From contig JBEUKZ010000067.1 of the NCBI GenBank assembly GCA_048128005.1, positions 62,001 to 126,000 of the forward strand: a stretch of DNA of 64,000 nucleotides. Reading direction: 5' to 3'. The position numbers and the translations under genes are program-made. The stretch comes from Veleropilina oligotropha (Eukaryota). Of this stretch, positions 37,500 to 52,200 are shown in pieces (within the stretch, counting starts at the first letter, position 1; every line of letters starts with the position of its first letter). The notes below the pieces were generated by a model. That model searched no databases. It had not been told where the DNA came from and saw nothing but the letters and a program-made list of their open reading frames with translations.

Positions 37500-39800
37500 T
37501 GTTATGAAGGTCAATTTCTTCCATGCCGATTTACAGATAAACCTCTTTATATTGTAACTACATGCACACACTTTTATCTCCCCAGCTCACCGTAGATGAC
37601 ACTGACACGTCCAAACCACCGCAACACGCTTCTATATGTAGTGTTTACACGAATGCTGCGATCAGTGCGCAAAGACTTCGCCGTATGGTAAATTTTCACT
37701 TCAGAAAATCGTAACAACATGTATAAGATAACGCATTCCAATTATGACCGATGGTCAGTCTAAACGTTTGCAGACCTGGAGAATCGTATAACAGAGCAAT
37801 GGAGCTCATGCGCAGTATGTCTATGTGTGATGACTGGGGCAGCATCAACGAATGGAGCGTGACCGTGAAAGTCGTCTTGCGTATACTATGGTTCTTGTTC
37901 TGATGTGGTTTGCATTGCAGTCGATAAGCTGACCTACTGCGACAGTAAATTTCCTCAGTTGACGTCTCAAATATACGTATATCAGAGTATACGATCAAAT
38001 CGAAGAGGAGTGGGGCCAGGATGCACCCTTGTATGCTGCCTGAATCTTACAAAATGGCCTATATTGTAAATTACTCTAGATAGCAAGTATCTATTATGCA
38101 ATGGTAAAGGGTGTCTATCTTTGTAACTGACTGTTTCATTGCAAAACCGCTACTTACATTCGAATTTGTTGCAATTGCTATGCTGTGGTGAGCTCTAATC
38201 ATGTTTAGCATTGTTGGTGGCATGTAGTCTGTAGAAGGATGGAATGATTGATACTTAATGTCCTGCTTATTTACAACCCTCGGGTTCACATATGTCCATA
38301 TTATCGAGAGAGGAAACCCTGTTCACCCGGGGATGACGCCTAGTTTTGGACAACTGTGACTGATAAGTGTAACCCCACACTGAGGTTCGAATTCACTCAT
38401 GTTAAACAGAGCAGTCAAGACAGGGCATTCAGAATATGTAGCCGAAAACAAAGGTTACCGGAGCGGCCAGAAGCGGAATAGATAGTTTCTGCTCCGACGA
38501 TCGAGTTTTGGTGAGGTCTCTGAATACGATTTTCATGTACAATGGCTTATATTGTTCTCCTTGAGATGGATTTATTCACGGTGACGCTACATCAATAAAC
38601 ACAGACACCACTTTACGACTTTGGTTAAATGCACTCATATAGTCTGACAAGATTAAAGGTGCAAAGATCTTTTTACAAATGCGGCTTAGAAGATAGATGC
38701 CCTTTTAATATCTCATATACCCGTTGTTTTGGGGCAAAGTGAGTATTTTGTATCGCATATTTCGATAAATAATGCCGTCCAGCAAAGGCATATAAATTTG
38801 TGCATTGAACAATAGCGTAATTATTCAGCATTTGATGATAAAGTCTTTGAGAAACCTGATAATGCCAGCTGTCCTGACTCGGCTCTGTTTGTAGTTCGCT
38901 TAGACTATGATAGGGTCCATGGCGAAATGACGAAAATAGTATCTCTAGAAAAGAGCTCTGAGAAGTGAGCTGCACATCTCTCCATATGTTTCTTTCTACA
39001 TTTGGGAATGGTCGGAACCAGAGTGGAGAAGTACTGCTGATGGTCCAAGAACTTTTGTGATTCCTACGACGTTGGTACACTTCTTAGTTTTTACCTGTGC
39101 CCGGCTATCTGACTATGCTCATTTCTTGGTGCATCATCTTACTGTCTGTTGAAAAGTTTCGATGAAGGTTCTGAACGTGTTCACCCGCTAGCACAGATTT
39201 CATCTCGTTAGACTGTGTCAAAACAGTCATTGCTTTTGGAAGTTCTTCTAAAGGTGGCAAGGGTACGTGGTAACTGGTGCAATACTCACTCTTTCGAAGA
39301 TAACCTTGATGCCTCCTCGACATTAAGAGTTTCCTTCAGAGACGTCGCAAATGAAGCAATAAAACCTAAAATCATCATCTTGTTTGGATGAATGGGCCTT
39401 TAGGACTGCATTCTTAGTAATATACTTGCAGCATATGATCGAGTGATCAAACTCACAGTCTCACTTTACGACAAGCTAGTGCAAACCTTTTGAACGTGGA
39501 CATCTCTGTTGCGCGTTGGCTGGACATAGAGATAGTGGTATGATCAGAACTCCAGAAGATGTCCAATTCCAAAATGACTCATACATGACGTCCATGGGTC
39601 ATTGTCATTTACGGCACCCATCCTGGAATTGAAGCCACCCAATCTTTGCAAGATTCAACAGTCCTAGTAGTGCATTACTGGCTAGGCCGAGCTGCATTTC
39701 CTGGGTACCCAGACTTTCCTCCTGTGCTCTTATGGAGTTGTTCTAGTAGGACCATCAAGGCTGTTACATTGGACATTAAATTTCAAGCCAGCCAACCACA
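37500..39800 (-). pseudogene. Highly degraded LINE (RTE-like) RT remnant; boundaries approximate
   Basis: Minus-strand GSIQGCILAPLLF at ~38000-38040 and weak neighbouring RT-like words. Confidence 0.45.
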
Positions 39801-40029
39801 TAAAACTTCTTGATGGACATTATATGTCATTTGTTTAAAACTTTGCAACGTGGACAAGACTATTTTATACACGACATAACGTGACAGATAATCATACATA
39901 GAGAGTAGAAACATAACACAAGGAGATGCACTTCATTTCATGTTTTAATTACAAAATTAAAACCATTCCATTACATGTACCAGTAATGCAGTCAATATAA
40001 CAAACAACATATTTAGTTATAATGTCAAA

Positions 40030-40267
40030 CAGATCTGGCGGACATCCAAGGTTACCTTAACTCATCACCTTTTATTAAGAATTATTATTAACTTTACAAT
40101 TGCTAATTAAAGTTAAGGTGGTAGAGATGCTTTCCTATGTGGCAAAGACAGTTATGGACAACTGTGACCGTTAATTAAATGATGTTCCCAGCTGTATGTT
40201 TGAACCGATCCCTGTTAATCGGAGCAAGTGATTTGGGAGCCACGCTCTTATCCACTACACTACAACT
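40030..40267 (-). mobile_element. tRNA-derived SINE
   Basis: Minus strand box A tagtgtagtgg and box B ggttcaaac. Confidence 0.55.
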
Positions 40268-40912
40268 TGAATGAACTCATAACTGATATTTGTGCACGCA
40301 TCATAAATAAAACTATATCATAATAATCATATATTAGAGATTAACATTAATGTACATAAATATACAAATGTAAAATATGAAGTCATAGACACAGATATAA
40401 AGTATTACTATAATATATTGTCTTCTAATAAATATAAATATAGTTATGATCTGATATTACAATTTATAACTATCTTTGACAAAAATACCATTTATCAATT
40501 ATGTAGGTACACAAAACAATGTTTATAATTAAACTTAAAACATTGTAAGACTCAATTCTCCATTGGATATAGCAAGCAAATGAGTTGATCTTTAGAAGAC
40601 TATAGTAGAGATAATTATAGCTAACTAGAGTTAATAATACAGCTCAAGTTAATAATATTTTTTATTATATGCGAGTCGTTTTCTGACGCCTATTCTCACG
40701 CAGTTTTCCGAGACCCTGTTACTGTATCACGGACACAGCTGATATCGATTCAGAAAACGTCTCCTGCTTATATATTCAAAATGGCTGACAAATTGTAGGA
40801 ACTACTTCCAATATAGCCCTATACTATTCCAACCTCCCTTACAGATTCGTGACTAAAATTACCATAATCTTTCGATTCAAATTAATAAGAAACTTGTTGT
40901 GGCATATAATAA

Positions 40913-42670
40913 AATAGACAGCCGCCCGGCTATCAGGAACCCCAGCCTTATATAGCAATCAGACTGCCATATAAAATCTGTGATCTTGACCTTGCCAGTA
41001 GCCCTTGGCTAAACACTGTGCTAACTGTCCATCATGAAGAAGTTTGGATGAAAAAATAATTTAAAAGAAAGAAAAAATTGTGAGTATATTCAGACCTCTG
41101 TGACCTTGACCTTTGACCAAAGGCCATTACCGGCCCGGACAAAATTTAAGGGTCAAAGGTCATTGCCGCAATGTCAAAGGTCATTCACATGAAATTTCGC
41201 CACCATGGCCTAGCGTATGATAGGGTAGTTAGCATACCATATGAAATCAAGGTAACATGTTTGGTAGCCGAGATATAGACCGGACAACATTGCAAATTGC
41301 GAATATATTTTGACCTCTGTTACCTTGACCTTTGATGAAAGGCCATTTTTCGTATTTGTTATATGATGTACTAACCCTAAAGGAATAGTTTGGCCCCGAA
41401 AAATAAAAAAATTACGAAAAATTAAAAAAATCTAAATATAGAAAATTTGTGAAGGTCACTACGCAGAGGTCAAAGGTCAAATGATCAAAATTTTACTGCC
41501 ATGCACAGGTTTTAAGTATAGGGAACACATCTAAAAAAAATTAGAAGGCTAACATGTTTGGTCTCCGAGAACCAGCCCGGACAAAATTTAAGGGTCAAAG
41601 GTCATTGCCGCAAGGTCAAAGGTCATTCACGTGAAATTTCGCCACCATGCACTAGCGTATGACAAGGGTAGTTAGCTTAAAACATGAAATCAAGGTAACA
41701 TGTTTGGTAGCCGAGAAATAGGCCGGACAACATTGAAAATTGTGAGTATATTTTGACCTCTGTGACCTTGACCTTTGACCAAAGGCCATTTTTCGTATTT
41801 GTTATATGATGTACTAACCCTAAAGGAATAGTTTGGCCCCGAAAAATAAAACAATTACGAAAAATTTAAAAAATCTAAATATAGAAAATTTGTGAAGGTC
41901 ACTACGCAGAGGTCAAAGGTCAAATGATCAAAATTTTACTGCCATGCACAGGTTTTAAGTATAGGGAACACATCTAAAAAAAATTAGAAGGCTAACATGT
42001 TTGGTCTCCGAGAACCAGCCCGGACAAAATTTAAGGGTCAAAGGTCATTGCCGCAAGGTCAAAGGTCATTCACGTGAAATTTCGCCACCATGCACTAGCG
42101 TATGACAAGGGTAGTTAGCTTAAAACATGAAATCAAGGTAACATGTTTGGTAGCCGAGAAATAGGCCGGACAACATTGAAAATTGTGAGTATATTTTGAC
42201 CTCTGTGACCTTGACCTTTGACCAAAGGCCATTTTTCGTATTTGTTATATGATGTACTAACCCTAAAGGAATAGTTTGGCCCCGAAAAATAAAACAATTA
42301 CGAAAAATTTAAAAAATCTAAATATAGAAAATTTGTGAAGGTCACTACGCAGAGGTCAAATGATCAAAATTTTACTGCCATGCACATCTAAAAAAAAATT
42401 AGACGGCTAACATGTTTGGTCTCCGAGAACCAGCCCGGACAAAATTTAAGGGTCAAAGGTCATTGCCGCAAGGTCAAAGGTCATTCACGTGAAATTTCGC
42501 CGCCATGCACTAGCGTATGATAAGGGTAGTTAGCATACCATATGAAATCAACGTAACATGTTTGGTAGCCGAGATATAGGCCGGACAACATGAGCCGCCC
42601 GTCCGTCCGCCCGCCCGACCGCCTCGGGCGATGACAATAACCCCAGCTTTTTTTTAAGCTGGGGTTAAAA
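40913..42670 (+). mobile_element. Helentron/HINE-like non-autonomous element carrying a ~443-bp tandem array (~3.5 units)
   Basis: ccggacaaaatttaagggtcaaagg recurs at about 41135, 41577, 42020 and 42435. gtcc/gccc microsatellite and terminal hairpin aaccccagcttttttttaagctggggtt. The head matches 12735-12830. Confidence 0.75.
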
Positions 42671-42769
42671 ATGTTATCAGTTATTGTGTGGATTCTGGCA
42701 CATCGGAAACCTCTCGTGACGTCACTCCAGGTTTCCGATGTGCCAGAATCCACACAATACTGATAACAT
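42671..42769. repeat. ~99-bp palindrome centred on TGACGTCA
   Basis: atgttatcagttattgtgtggattctggcacatcggaaacct ... aggtttccgatgtgccagaatccacacaatactgataacat. Confidence 0.85.
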
Positions 42770-43276
42770 CATTATATGTCTGTGTTTGAAAAATATACCC
42801 AATGCCCAGCTTGTATTTTAATAGCAATCAAAAAACATTAATTATTTCATTTAACATATTAACTCCAATATCTGAAATAAATTACTATTTAACTACTCGA
42901 CTATGTACAAATATATTTCAGAAAAACAATAAATATTGAATAAGATAAGAATAAGTGGTTGCCACTAAGTAAAAAATGTTCCCCGCCCATATTATTGGAG
43001 ATTGTGACATTGTGACTGGGATAGAACAAAACACAGGTAATTTACGTAGCCACATATGCAACGCGCTATAGCGGGACTGCGGGAAATATACATTTAAACG
43101 ATAACCCGAAATAGAGAGGTAACAGGTTCAAATGGTTAATAAGTAAACATAGGAAAGGATGCACCATTCCGCAGAAGCTATGAAATATATATATCACCTT
43201 AGTACTGTTTTAACTTTAGCAATATTATAGAATGTTGGTTCTGTTATGTCACTTAGTAAAACAATATTAAGATACA

Positions 43277-46200
43277 TTATAAAGATAATGGACCATATCT
43301 CAGCTCCCTTTCAAATTGTTCCGCAGTAAAGGTTCCATCGATACGCTCAAAGTTTGGATTAAACACGGAATATGCACTCAGTTTTTTGCCATCACGTGGT
43401 CCTGAGCGCATGGTTATGTAGAGAAAATAAAACATGGATGCAATAACGAACACCACACCGAACCCAATCTCGACAAATATCATCCAGAGGAGTCCCCACA
43501 GGAGCAGCTTCAGGCCCTTGAAGACATACGGCTGGTATGCACCAAATGGTCCGGTAGGCTGAACCTCGGAGCAGGTCCTGCCATTATCCATCGGTTCAAT
43601 GAGTTCATCCTCAGAATGGTTAACAGGTTTCAGGGAAATGGTAGGTTCAGGTTGGTTGAAAATCTGAAAAAGGATGGATGAGTGAAGCGCTGCCGAATGA
43701 TAATGACCAAACAATAGTATTTTTGTTACAAAGTGGATCAAATGGTGAAGAAGTCTGTTACTGGATTATTCGTGATAATTAAAATATATTTTCATTGCTG
43801 ATTCGTACCTGCCATACCCATTTTGTGTAATGAAAATGCAGAAATACAATATACCAACCTTCATTATAATATCACATTTAGGGAATGTTGGACAGTCCAT
43901 GATAATTGTATCCCCAGGAACGAAAGTGTCCGGGGATACTATGGTTTATAGCGTCCATTACTCCGCGTCCGACGAGAGATTCCTTGTGATCGCTCTAGAC
44001 AGGCCATTTCTTAACGGAATGTTTTCATATTTGGTATGTGCATTGGATGGGGCAAGGACACGACACCTATAGATTTTGGGTGTGGTCCGACCTCCAAGAT
44101 GGCCGCTGTGACCTCCATCTTGGATTTTAAACCATAATTCCTTGTGATCGCTCTAGACAGGTCATTTCTTAACTGAATGCTTTCAAATTTGGCATGTGCA
44201 TTCCATCTTGGATTACCTATGGATACATATGCGGAACGTTTCAAATTTTATATGTGTATTGTTTGGGGCGAGGAAACGACACCTATATCTTATTGCGGTG
44301 GTATGGCCGCCACGGCCACCATAATTGCTTGTGATTTCTCTAGACAGACCATTCTTAACGGAATGCTTTAACATTTGGCATGCCCATTGGCTGGGGAGAG
44401 GACACGACACCTATAGATTTTGGGTGTGGTCCGACTGCCAAGATGGCCGCCACAGCCACCATAATTGCTTGTGATTGCTCTAGACAGACCATTTCTTAAT
44501 GGAATGTTTAACATTTGGTATATCCATTGGCTGGGGAGAGGACACGACACTTATAGATTTTGGGTGTGGTCTGACCTCCAAGATGGCCGCCGCCGAGAGA
44601 TTCCTCGTGATCTTTCTAGACAGGCCATTTCTTAATGGAATGTATTCAAATTTGGTATGCACATTGGTTTTGGTCAGGACACGACACCTAGAGATTTTGG
44701 GTGTGGTCTGACCTCCAAGATGGCCGTTGTGGCCCCCAAATTGGATTTTAAAGCATAATTCCTTGTGATCGCTCTAGACAGTTCATTTCTTAACTGAATG
44801 CTTTCAAATTTGGTGGTATGTGCATTCCATCCTGGATTACCTATGAATACATATGCGGTAACTTGTGACTGAGCATTCTAGTTTATTAATAAGGTTGACG
44901 TGTCACTGCGCCGAGTATCAAATAGCACAACTCGCGAATGACGTAGGCATGCTCATGAATATTCATATCCCGGAGCCGCGTTGTCTCCGCAACCGAGATT
45001 GCAGACAAACAAAGGTCTCAAAATGGCGACTGATACTGTATGCGGACCATTCAACAGTGCTCATGCATGCGTTGAATAATACTAATAGTCCATTAAATCG
45101 CAGATATAGTAATACATAACAATAAAAAGTAGATATATTGTCCAGTAGCTGTAGATCTACAAATAGCAAAGTGTCCGGTCCCTGACTCCCCGGTCGCAGA
45201 TCCACTACCGTATGTAGGCCTAACGAGTCCAATGACTACGATATACATAACAAAAGAACACGCTGTTTATAACAAGATCTAGTCTCTAGTATTATATGCT
45301 AAGCTTACGTTAAGTCAAGAATGTTAATTGGCTATGTAACATTTGAATTTTTAGATCTAGATCTACAGTCTCCAGATAATATAGAACTATACATGGTTGG
45401 GGATCTAAACAAACCGGCATAGACAATCATGTCGCCGGGATCATGTTCGAGGGGGTCTGAGCCTGGTCCTACGTAACTGAATATATAATTATATGTTTAC
45501 AATGAACCATAGTTAATGTCGATCGTCTCCAAGAAAAAATATCCATTTAATTCATGGTTTGTATAATATTCGTGGCAATCTGCCTCAAATATTTAATACA
45601 GTTGAATTATAATGTTATAGATCTACCTCATATATTATATACGCAGTTGCAAAAATAATTGATAAGGCATTTATATAGACCCAGGGGCGGACACAGGATT
45701 GGACAAGGGGTCCAACTTTCATAAAATATACTATAAACTGTTCACGTGGGGTCGGGGCCCGACGTGAAAGAAAATTTTGACAATCAACAGCCTGAATCCT
45801 CCTCTCCTGCACTCTGACAGGGCAAAAGCGATGTTTCTTACCAACATTTATGAACCATTTTCACAATCAATCACATGGAGTTTTTTAATGGCCGAGGCAA
45901 AAGGGCACTTGGTCCATCAAGGGGGGGCGGACCCCCCCTCTAGATCCGCCCCTGAGGCCTACAGTACAAATTTGACAGATTCGATGAAAAGTGCACCCAA
46001 ATTCTGATCCCTGTCACACAGCAGGGCTCCCACTGAGATGCGCATGCGTCAATCCTGGTCATAGTGTTTGCAGATTTCCAAATGGTCAGACGTGCTTTAT
46101 TGCACACGTGTAAAAAATAGCTATCGTTTACTTTTCTCTATAGTTCTAGTCTATATCTATACAGTAAGTTCAATTTAAGTTTTATATATATTTACGTCGG

Positions 46201-49200
46201 AATTGTGTACTTGAGAGAACTTTATTCAACTCTATACAACTCGATAGTGTGGTCGAAGCACGGACTCCGTGAAATACAGACAAAATGGCGGATTCCATTT
46301 TGGACCGCATGGCCGTCGATATATCGACACAGGAAATTAAAGCCACTGCCAAAGGCAAATCTAGTGGTAAAGCATCCAGCAAGGTTCCAAATAAATCGAC
46401 TAATGTCGCTGGGCCTTCTAGTTCGGGGAACGACTCTATTGAGAAACCCCCGAACTCGTCACCAGAGGACAATGTTAGCGACATACGGCTAACTGTGGCA
46501 AAGTTATCTGCAACGATGGACATTTTCATGCGGAAAATAATGGAAGAGGAAGAAACTCTATCCGTACCTGATACATTGTTATCATCCGATTCGCCTCCAG
46601 CTGAGACTACGCCAACAGACAAACGCACCGCAGCCTCTGGGGACGCTTTGTTAACCGAAATGGCCGCATATTACGACACTACGGAGTCGGTTGCAGAGAA
46701 AATTGAAGACAAACTGGCCATTGTGATGAATAATTTAATCACTAATAAGTTGCCAGAGGAAAAAATAAAAGAGACAATGTCGCTTTATTCTCGTCCAGAA
46801 AATTGTGACAAACTTGTGTCCACGAAGATTAATCCTGAGATATGGGAAAAACTGCAAAGTTCTGCGAGGTCACGTGACCTGAAAATGCAGAGAATGCAGA
46901 CTGCTTTGTTGAAAAGCATGACCCCTATTTTGCAAGTTACCAGCACTCTCCTGGGAGTCTCTCGTGCGGGGGAGACTTTGACCCAAGAAAAGATGTCGCT
47001 CATGACGAAATCCTTAATTGATTCGCTAGCCCTTCTCGCCAACACGAACCAAGATCTTAATCAGCGACGAAGAGAGTTTTTGCGACCGGACCTCAACGAG
47101 GAGTACAAAGAGCTATGTTCGTCCCAGACTACTAACGGGGCGTTATTGTTCGGGTCAGATCTACCGGGCCAGATCAAACAAATCAGCGAAACAAATAAGC
47201 TGACAACCAAGTTGAACAGCAAACGAGTTGCTATCCAACAACGCTACGGGAACCACCCGTACCGGCCAAACTACGGGGCCTATCGGGGACACGCGGCTCC
47301 CTACTCCAATGCAAGTCACTGGAAGAAATCATTTCGATCGGCTTTTTTAGAGAAAAAGCCTCCAGTGCCACAACAGCGACAATCACGACCGTGGAACAAA
47401 AATGTCAGGAGGCCTTACCAGTCGCAGTAAATGAACAGGTAAACAATGTAAATAACTTTTATGCTGGTTGCATTAGGGATTGTTATCAGCATTGGACAAC
47501 ACTCACAACAGACAAGTGGATTTTAGAATCTGTTTTGGGCTATAATATTGAATTAGATACATATCCAGTACAAAAAATTGTACCAAAACCTATACCATTT
47601 TCGGATGATGAACATAACATTATTTCGGACCTTATTTTGAATATGATAGACAATGGTATAATTGAACAAGTGACTCATATTGATAAAGAATTTATATCAA
47701 ATGTGTTTATTCGACCGAAGAAAAATGGAACGTATAGAATGATTTTAAATTTATCTTCTTTAAATGAATTTGTTACTTATCACCATTTCAAAATGGATTC
47801 CATTACCACTGTAATTAATTTAATGCGACCCAGCTGTTATATGGGTTCGATTGATTTGAAGGATGCTTATTTTTCAGTACCCATTAATAATGAATCGCGC
47901 ACATTGTTAAGATTTTATTGGAATACTGTACTCTATCAATTTACATGTCTACCAAATGGTTTGGCATCAGCTCCTCGTGTGTTTACTAAAATCTTGAAGC
48001 CATTGTATTCTCATGTGCGTGAACAAGGGCATATTGCATGTGGCTATATTGACGACTCATTTATTATGGCAGATTCCAAGTTGAATTGTTCTGATAGTAT
48101 TCAGGCTGTTCTTACGCAATTCACATCGTTAGGTTTTTGTATAAACAATGACAAGTCGATATTAATATCTACTCAACGGATCGAACATCTAGGTTTTATA
48201 TTAGACTCTGTAAATATGACTGTAGAATTGCCTGTTAGGAAGAAGGATAAATTATCTGATAAATGTAGAAATGTATTAAGCAATACTTTTGTGACTATTC
48301 AGAATGTGGCTGAACTCTTAGGGCTAATAGTATCTAGTTTTCCAGCAGTCGATTATGGACTTTTGTATTATCGACATCTTGAATATGATAAAACTGTCGC
48401 ATTGAAGCAACAAAAAGGCAAATTTTCTGCGAGTATGATTTTGTCTCTTGAAGCTCAAACTGAAATACATTGGTGGTTGAATTCGATTCACCATTCTGTG
48501 CGCAAGTTAAATAGAGGATCACCTCAATTTGTACTAACTACAGATGCATCAAATGATGGTTGGGGAGCAGTCTTTGATGATGACAATACAGGGGGACGTT
48601 GGTCTACCCAAGAAAAGAATGCGCATATTAATTTTCTTGAACTAAAAGCAGTATTTTTAGGGCTGCAGACATATTTTGTGCAGATGATGGATGTTAATAT
48701 TAAAGTAAAACTGGACAATGTTACAGCAGTGGCATATATTAATCACATGGGTGGTATGAAGTCACCACAATGTAATGCACTAGCAAAGGAAATATGGCTT
48801 TGGTGCAAATCAAGATCCATTTGGCTTACAGCAGCTCACTTGCCAGGCAAGGAAAATGTGTTAGCAGATTGCAGATCGAGGGTTTTTCATGATCAAACGG
48901 AATGGAAATTGCACTCAGAGACTTATAATATGATTGTGTGCAAATTTGGTACACCTGATGTTGATTTATTTGCATCTAGATTAAATTATCAGTTACGACC
49001 CTATGTCTCATGGATGCCAGATCCAGGTGCTATTGAGGTAGATGCTTTATCAATTGATTGGAGTACATATAAATTATGTTATGCATTTCCTCCTTTCAGC
49101 TTAATAAGCCTTGTTCTCAGGAAAGTAGAACTGGACAATGCCTCAGCGATACTTATTCTGCCAAATTGGCCGACACAGTGTTGGTTCCCTCTCCTTCAGA

Positions 49201-52200
49201 GACTATTGCGCAGGTCAACCCTTCAGATTTTATGGCGCAGGGACTTATTGACTCTACCCTACAAGGAGGGGCAACACCCATTGGGCAAACGATTAAAGTT
49301 GATGGCTTGTTATGTATCAGGCAAGCCTTGAGGGAAAGAGGTTTGTCTGAGGACACAATCTCCCTTATTATGTCTTCATGGAGAAAATCCACAATAAGTC
49401 AATATAATACTTATATAAATAAGTGGATAAAGTTTTGTCATGATTCAAATAGAGATGTTTGTGCACCTTCTGTTGAAGGACTTTTAGAATTCTTAAACTT
49501 ATTATATACCAAAGGTCTGCGCTATAGTGCAATTAATACGGCACGTAGTGCCATGTCATCTTTTGCAAGTGTAATGGTTAATGAATCTCTTGGTACTAAT
49601 CCACTTGTAATAAGATTATTAAGAGCTGTTGCTCGTAACAGACCATCTTTGCCACGTTATCATTCAATTTGGGATGTCGGACAAGTGTTAACATACTTTA
49701 AGAAACAGCTTTTTGTTCAGTATTTGCCTTTGTATGAATTGACATTACGGACTGTTATGTTAGTAGCATTAGTTAGTGCGCAACGTTGTCAATCATTGCA
49801 TATGCTTTCTTTAAACAATATGACTATCACTAATAATCAATATTGCTTTACTATAACTGGGGATTACAAACAAGCTAAGACTGGTAGGGACAGTTTGAAG
49901 ATTGTTTTACCTGCCTATCCAGATGATATTAGACTTTGTGTTTTTACAACATTAAATGAATATGTTATGAGAACAGCAGACTTGCGGCATGATGACCAGT
50001 TATTTATTAGTACTGTGAAACCATATAGGGCTGTGTCCAGAGATACTATTGCAAGATGGATTAAATCAATCTTAACTCGTGCTGGGGTAGACACATCTAT
50101 ATTTAAACCTCATAGTACGAGATCTGCTTCCGTTTCAACTGCTATGAGGAATGGAGCTGATTTACAGACTATTTTAAATGCAGCAGGTTGGTCAAATGAA
50201 ACAACATTTGCCCACTATTACAATAAGCCATTACATGTTACAGTAACAAAGAAATTGTATGCAACTAGTCTATTAATGTGATTCCCTAATTCATTATTGG
50301 GAAAGTGGGATTGTTATTTATCCCATTTATAAATCATTGCTCTATTCAATGTTATGTTCTAATAGTGAAATAAATATTTCATTAACATTTTCTTATTTAG
50401 CATTGATGATATACTCATTTTACTTTAAAATCTCAGTGGGAGCCCTGCTGTGTGACAGGGATCAGAATTTTACAGTTAAGCAAAACTTACCTGTAAGATG
50501 CAGGTTGACTGTAATTCTGATCCGCTGTCACAGGAAGCAGGGCTGACACCCCACCCAATATCAACATAGTACAGCTATACTTGTTACCCAAACCCTTCTA
50601 TATTTAAATGAGCATATCAAGCTTTGAAGAATGACCAGGATTGACGCATGCGCATCTCAGTGTCAGCCCTGCTTCCTGTGACAGCGGATCAGAATTACAG
50701 TCAACCTGCATCTTACAGGTAAGTTTTGCTTAACTGTAAAATTATATTCCGTCATGTAAAATTTTTAAATGCATACTAGATCTGTCAAATTTGTTTTATC
50801 AAGGGCGGATCCAGGGGGGGGGGGGGGGGGGTTCAGGGGATCCAGTAACAAATTTTAAGGTTATAAATATGGCGTTTTGCACTGTCAGAATGCAGGAAAG
50901 AGGGTTTGTGTTAATTATAAAAAATTCCTCTGCGTGGGGCCCCGTCCCCATGCAGATAATGTTAGAATACCCCATATCTTACTAATATGTATGTAGTATA
51001 ACAAAATGCCGTCACTGCATAGGACTAGGAGAGTGGTAGGCCTACCACCCCCTTCATAACATTCGCCGGACCAATGTCAATTTGCTTCCGACGCCCCTGA
51101 TATCTATCGCATCGCATTAACATATAAATTGTACAATCCTTTTTTATGTATTACCATCGAGCACCGATTTCAGCGGCGATTTATTATTATAAAACAGCAA
51201 ACAATATATGTTCATCAATTTTGAATCATCTAAACTTTATATGACATTCACATACACGTTAAGTAAGGCGTTTTAATGCAATGTGCGATCATTACGGGCA
51301 ATACAACTTTAATATGTTATTTAAATTTAATGACATGCTTTAACACAAATTCCATAACAGCAGTGCTTTGTCGCACCCATATTACACGGAAAAGACAATC
51401 GGTTGTCAATATGACGGTAAACTAAAGCTATACATTATTATGGGTTGTTGTATACATAGGTTGCAGATGACGTCACGCAGTCCCATAATTCTGTGCGCAA
51501 GGCAAGGCAAGGCATAACAAGAGGGATATAAGATTACAGTATAAATCGATTCAATTATGTGAAAATAAATGATAAAGATAGAAATTCACAGAAGCGTTGT
51601 GACGGTACTTTCAATATATTAAATACTAGCTGAATTGAGCTCCCTTCGGGAGCTCTCATTCAGCGTCGTGGGCCCTGCGCACGGGCCATTGACGCTTAAA
51701 CCAGAAATATGAGTGAAATCCATCATCGACCTGCTACCCACCCACTGATTATACGTAATCAGTGGGTGGGTAGCAGGTCGATGATGGATTTCACTAATAT
51801 TTCTGGTTTAAGCGTCAATGGCCCGTGGCCCTGCGGCCCCAATTGGAGGGGCTTCGCCCCTCATATTAATTAACAATGTGTACTTATATACATAGAATAT
51901 TTTGTATTCTTTGCGTTATTTTGCACCAACTACAAATTGCATACAATTTGCAAAATTTATATTTTTCGCCTTAAAATTAAAAAAAATTGGGGGGGGGGGG
52001 TTTGACGGCCAAGACCATCCCCTGGGTACCCTTAGTTCACATGAAAAGTTTGGTGAGGATCGCCCCAGTGGTTACGGAGGAGATAGCGGACAGACACTCT
52101 ACACTTTTCTATATATTATATAAATATATATTGTCGTTTGGGTTCGATTTGGTTTCGTTAATCCAACTTGTGACGCAATGTTTGTCCGCATTCATATAAA

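Larger units (their letters stand above)
45999..50743 (+). mobile_element. Full-length DIRS1-type tyrosine-recombinase retrotransposon with ITRs and internal complementary region (ICR)
   Basis: Left ITR 45999-46062, right ITR 50631-50743. ICR 50430-50549 is complementary to the left end followed by the right end, joined at AATTT. Confidence 0.95.

Noticed and set aside
43664..43741. ORF-track start for SAYSD1
   Set aside because: Intronic sequence upstream of the splice acceptor; the real first exon is 52606-52481.
45966..50794. 15-bp inverted match (acaaatttgacagat) flanking the DIRS element
   Set aside because: It lies outside the ICR-defined termini; probably a small pre-existing foldback that was the target, and too short to call.
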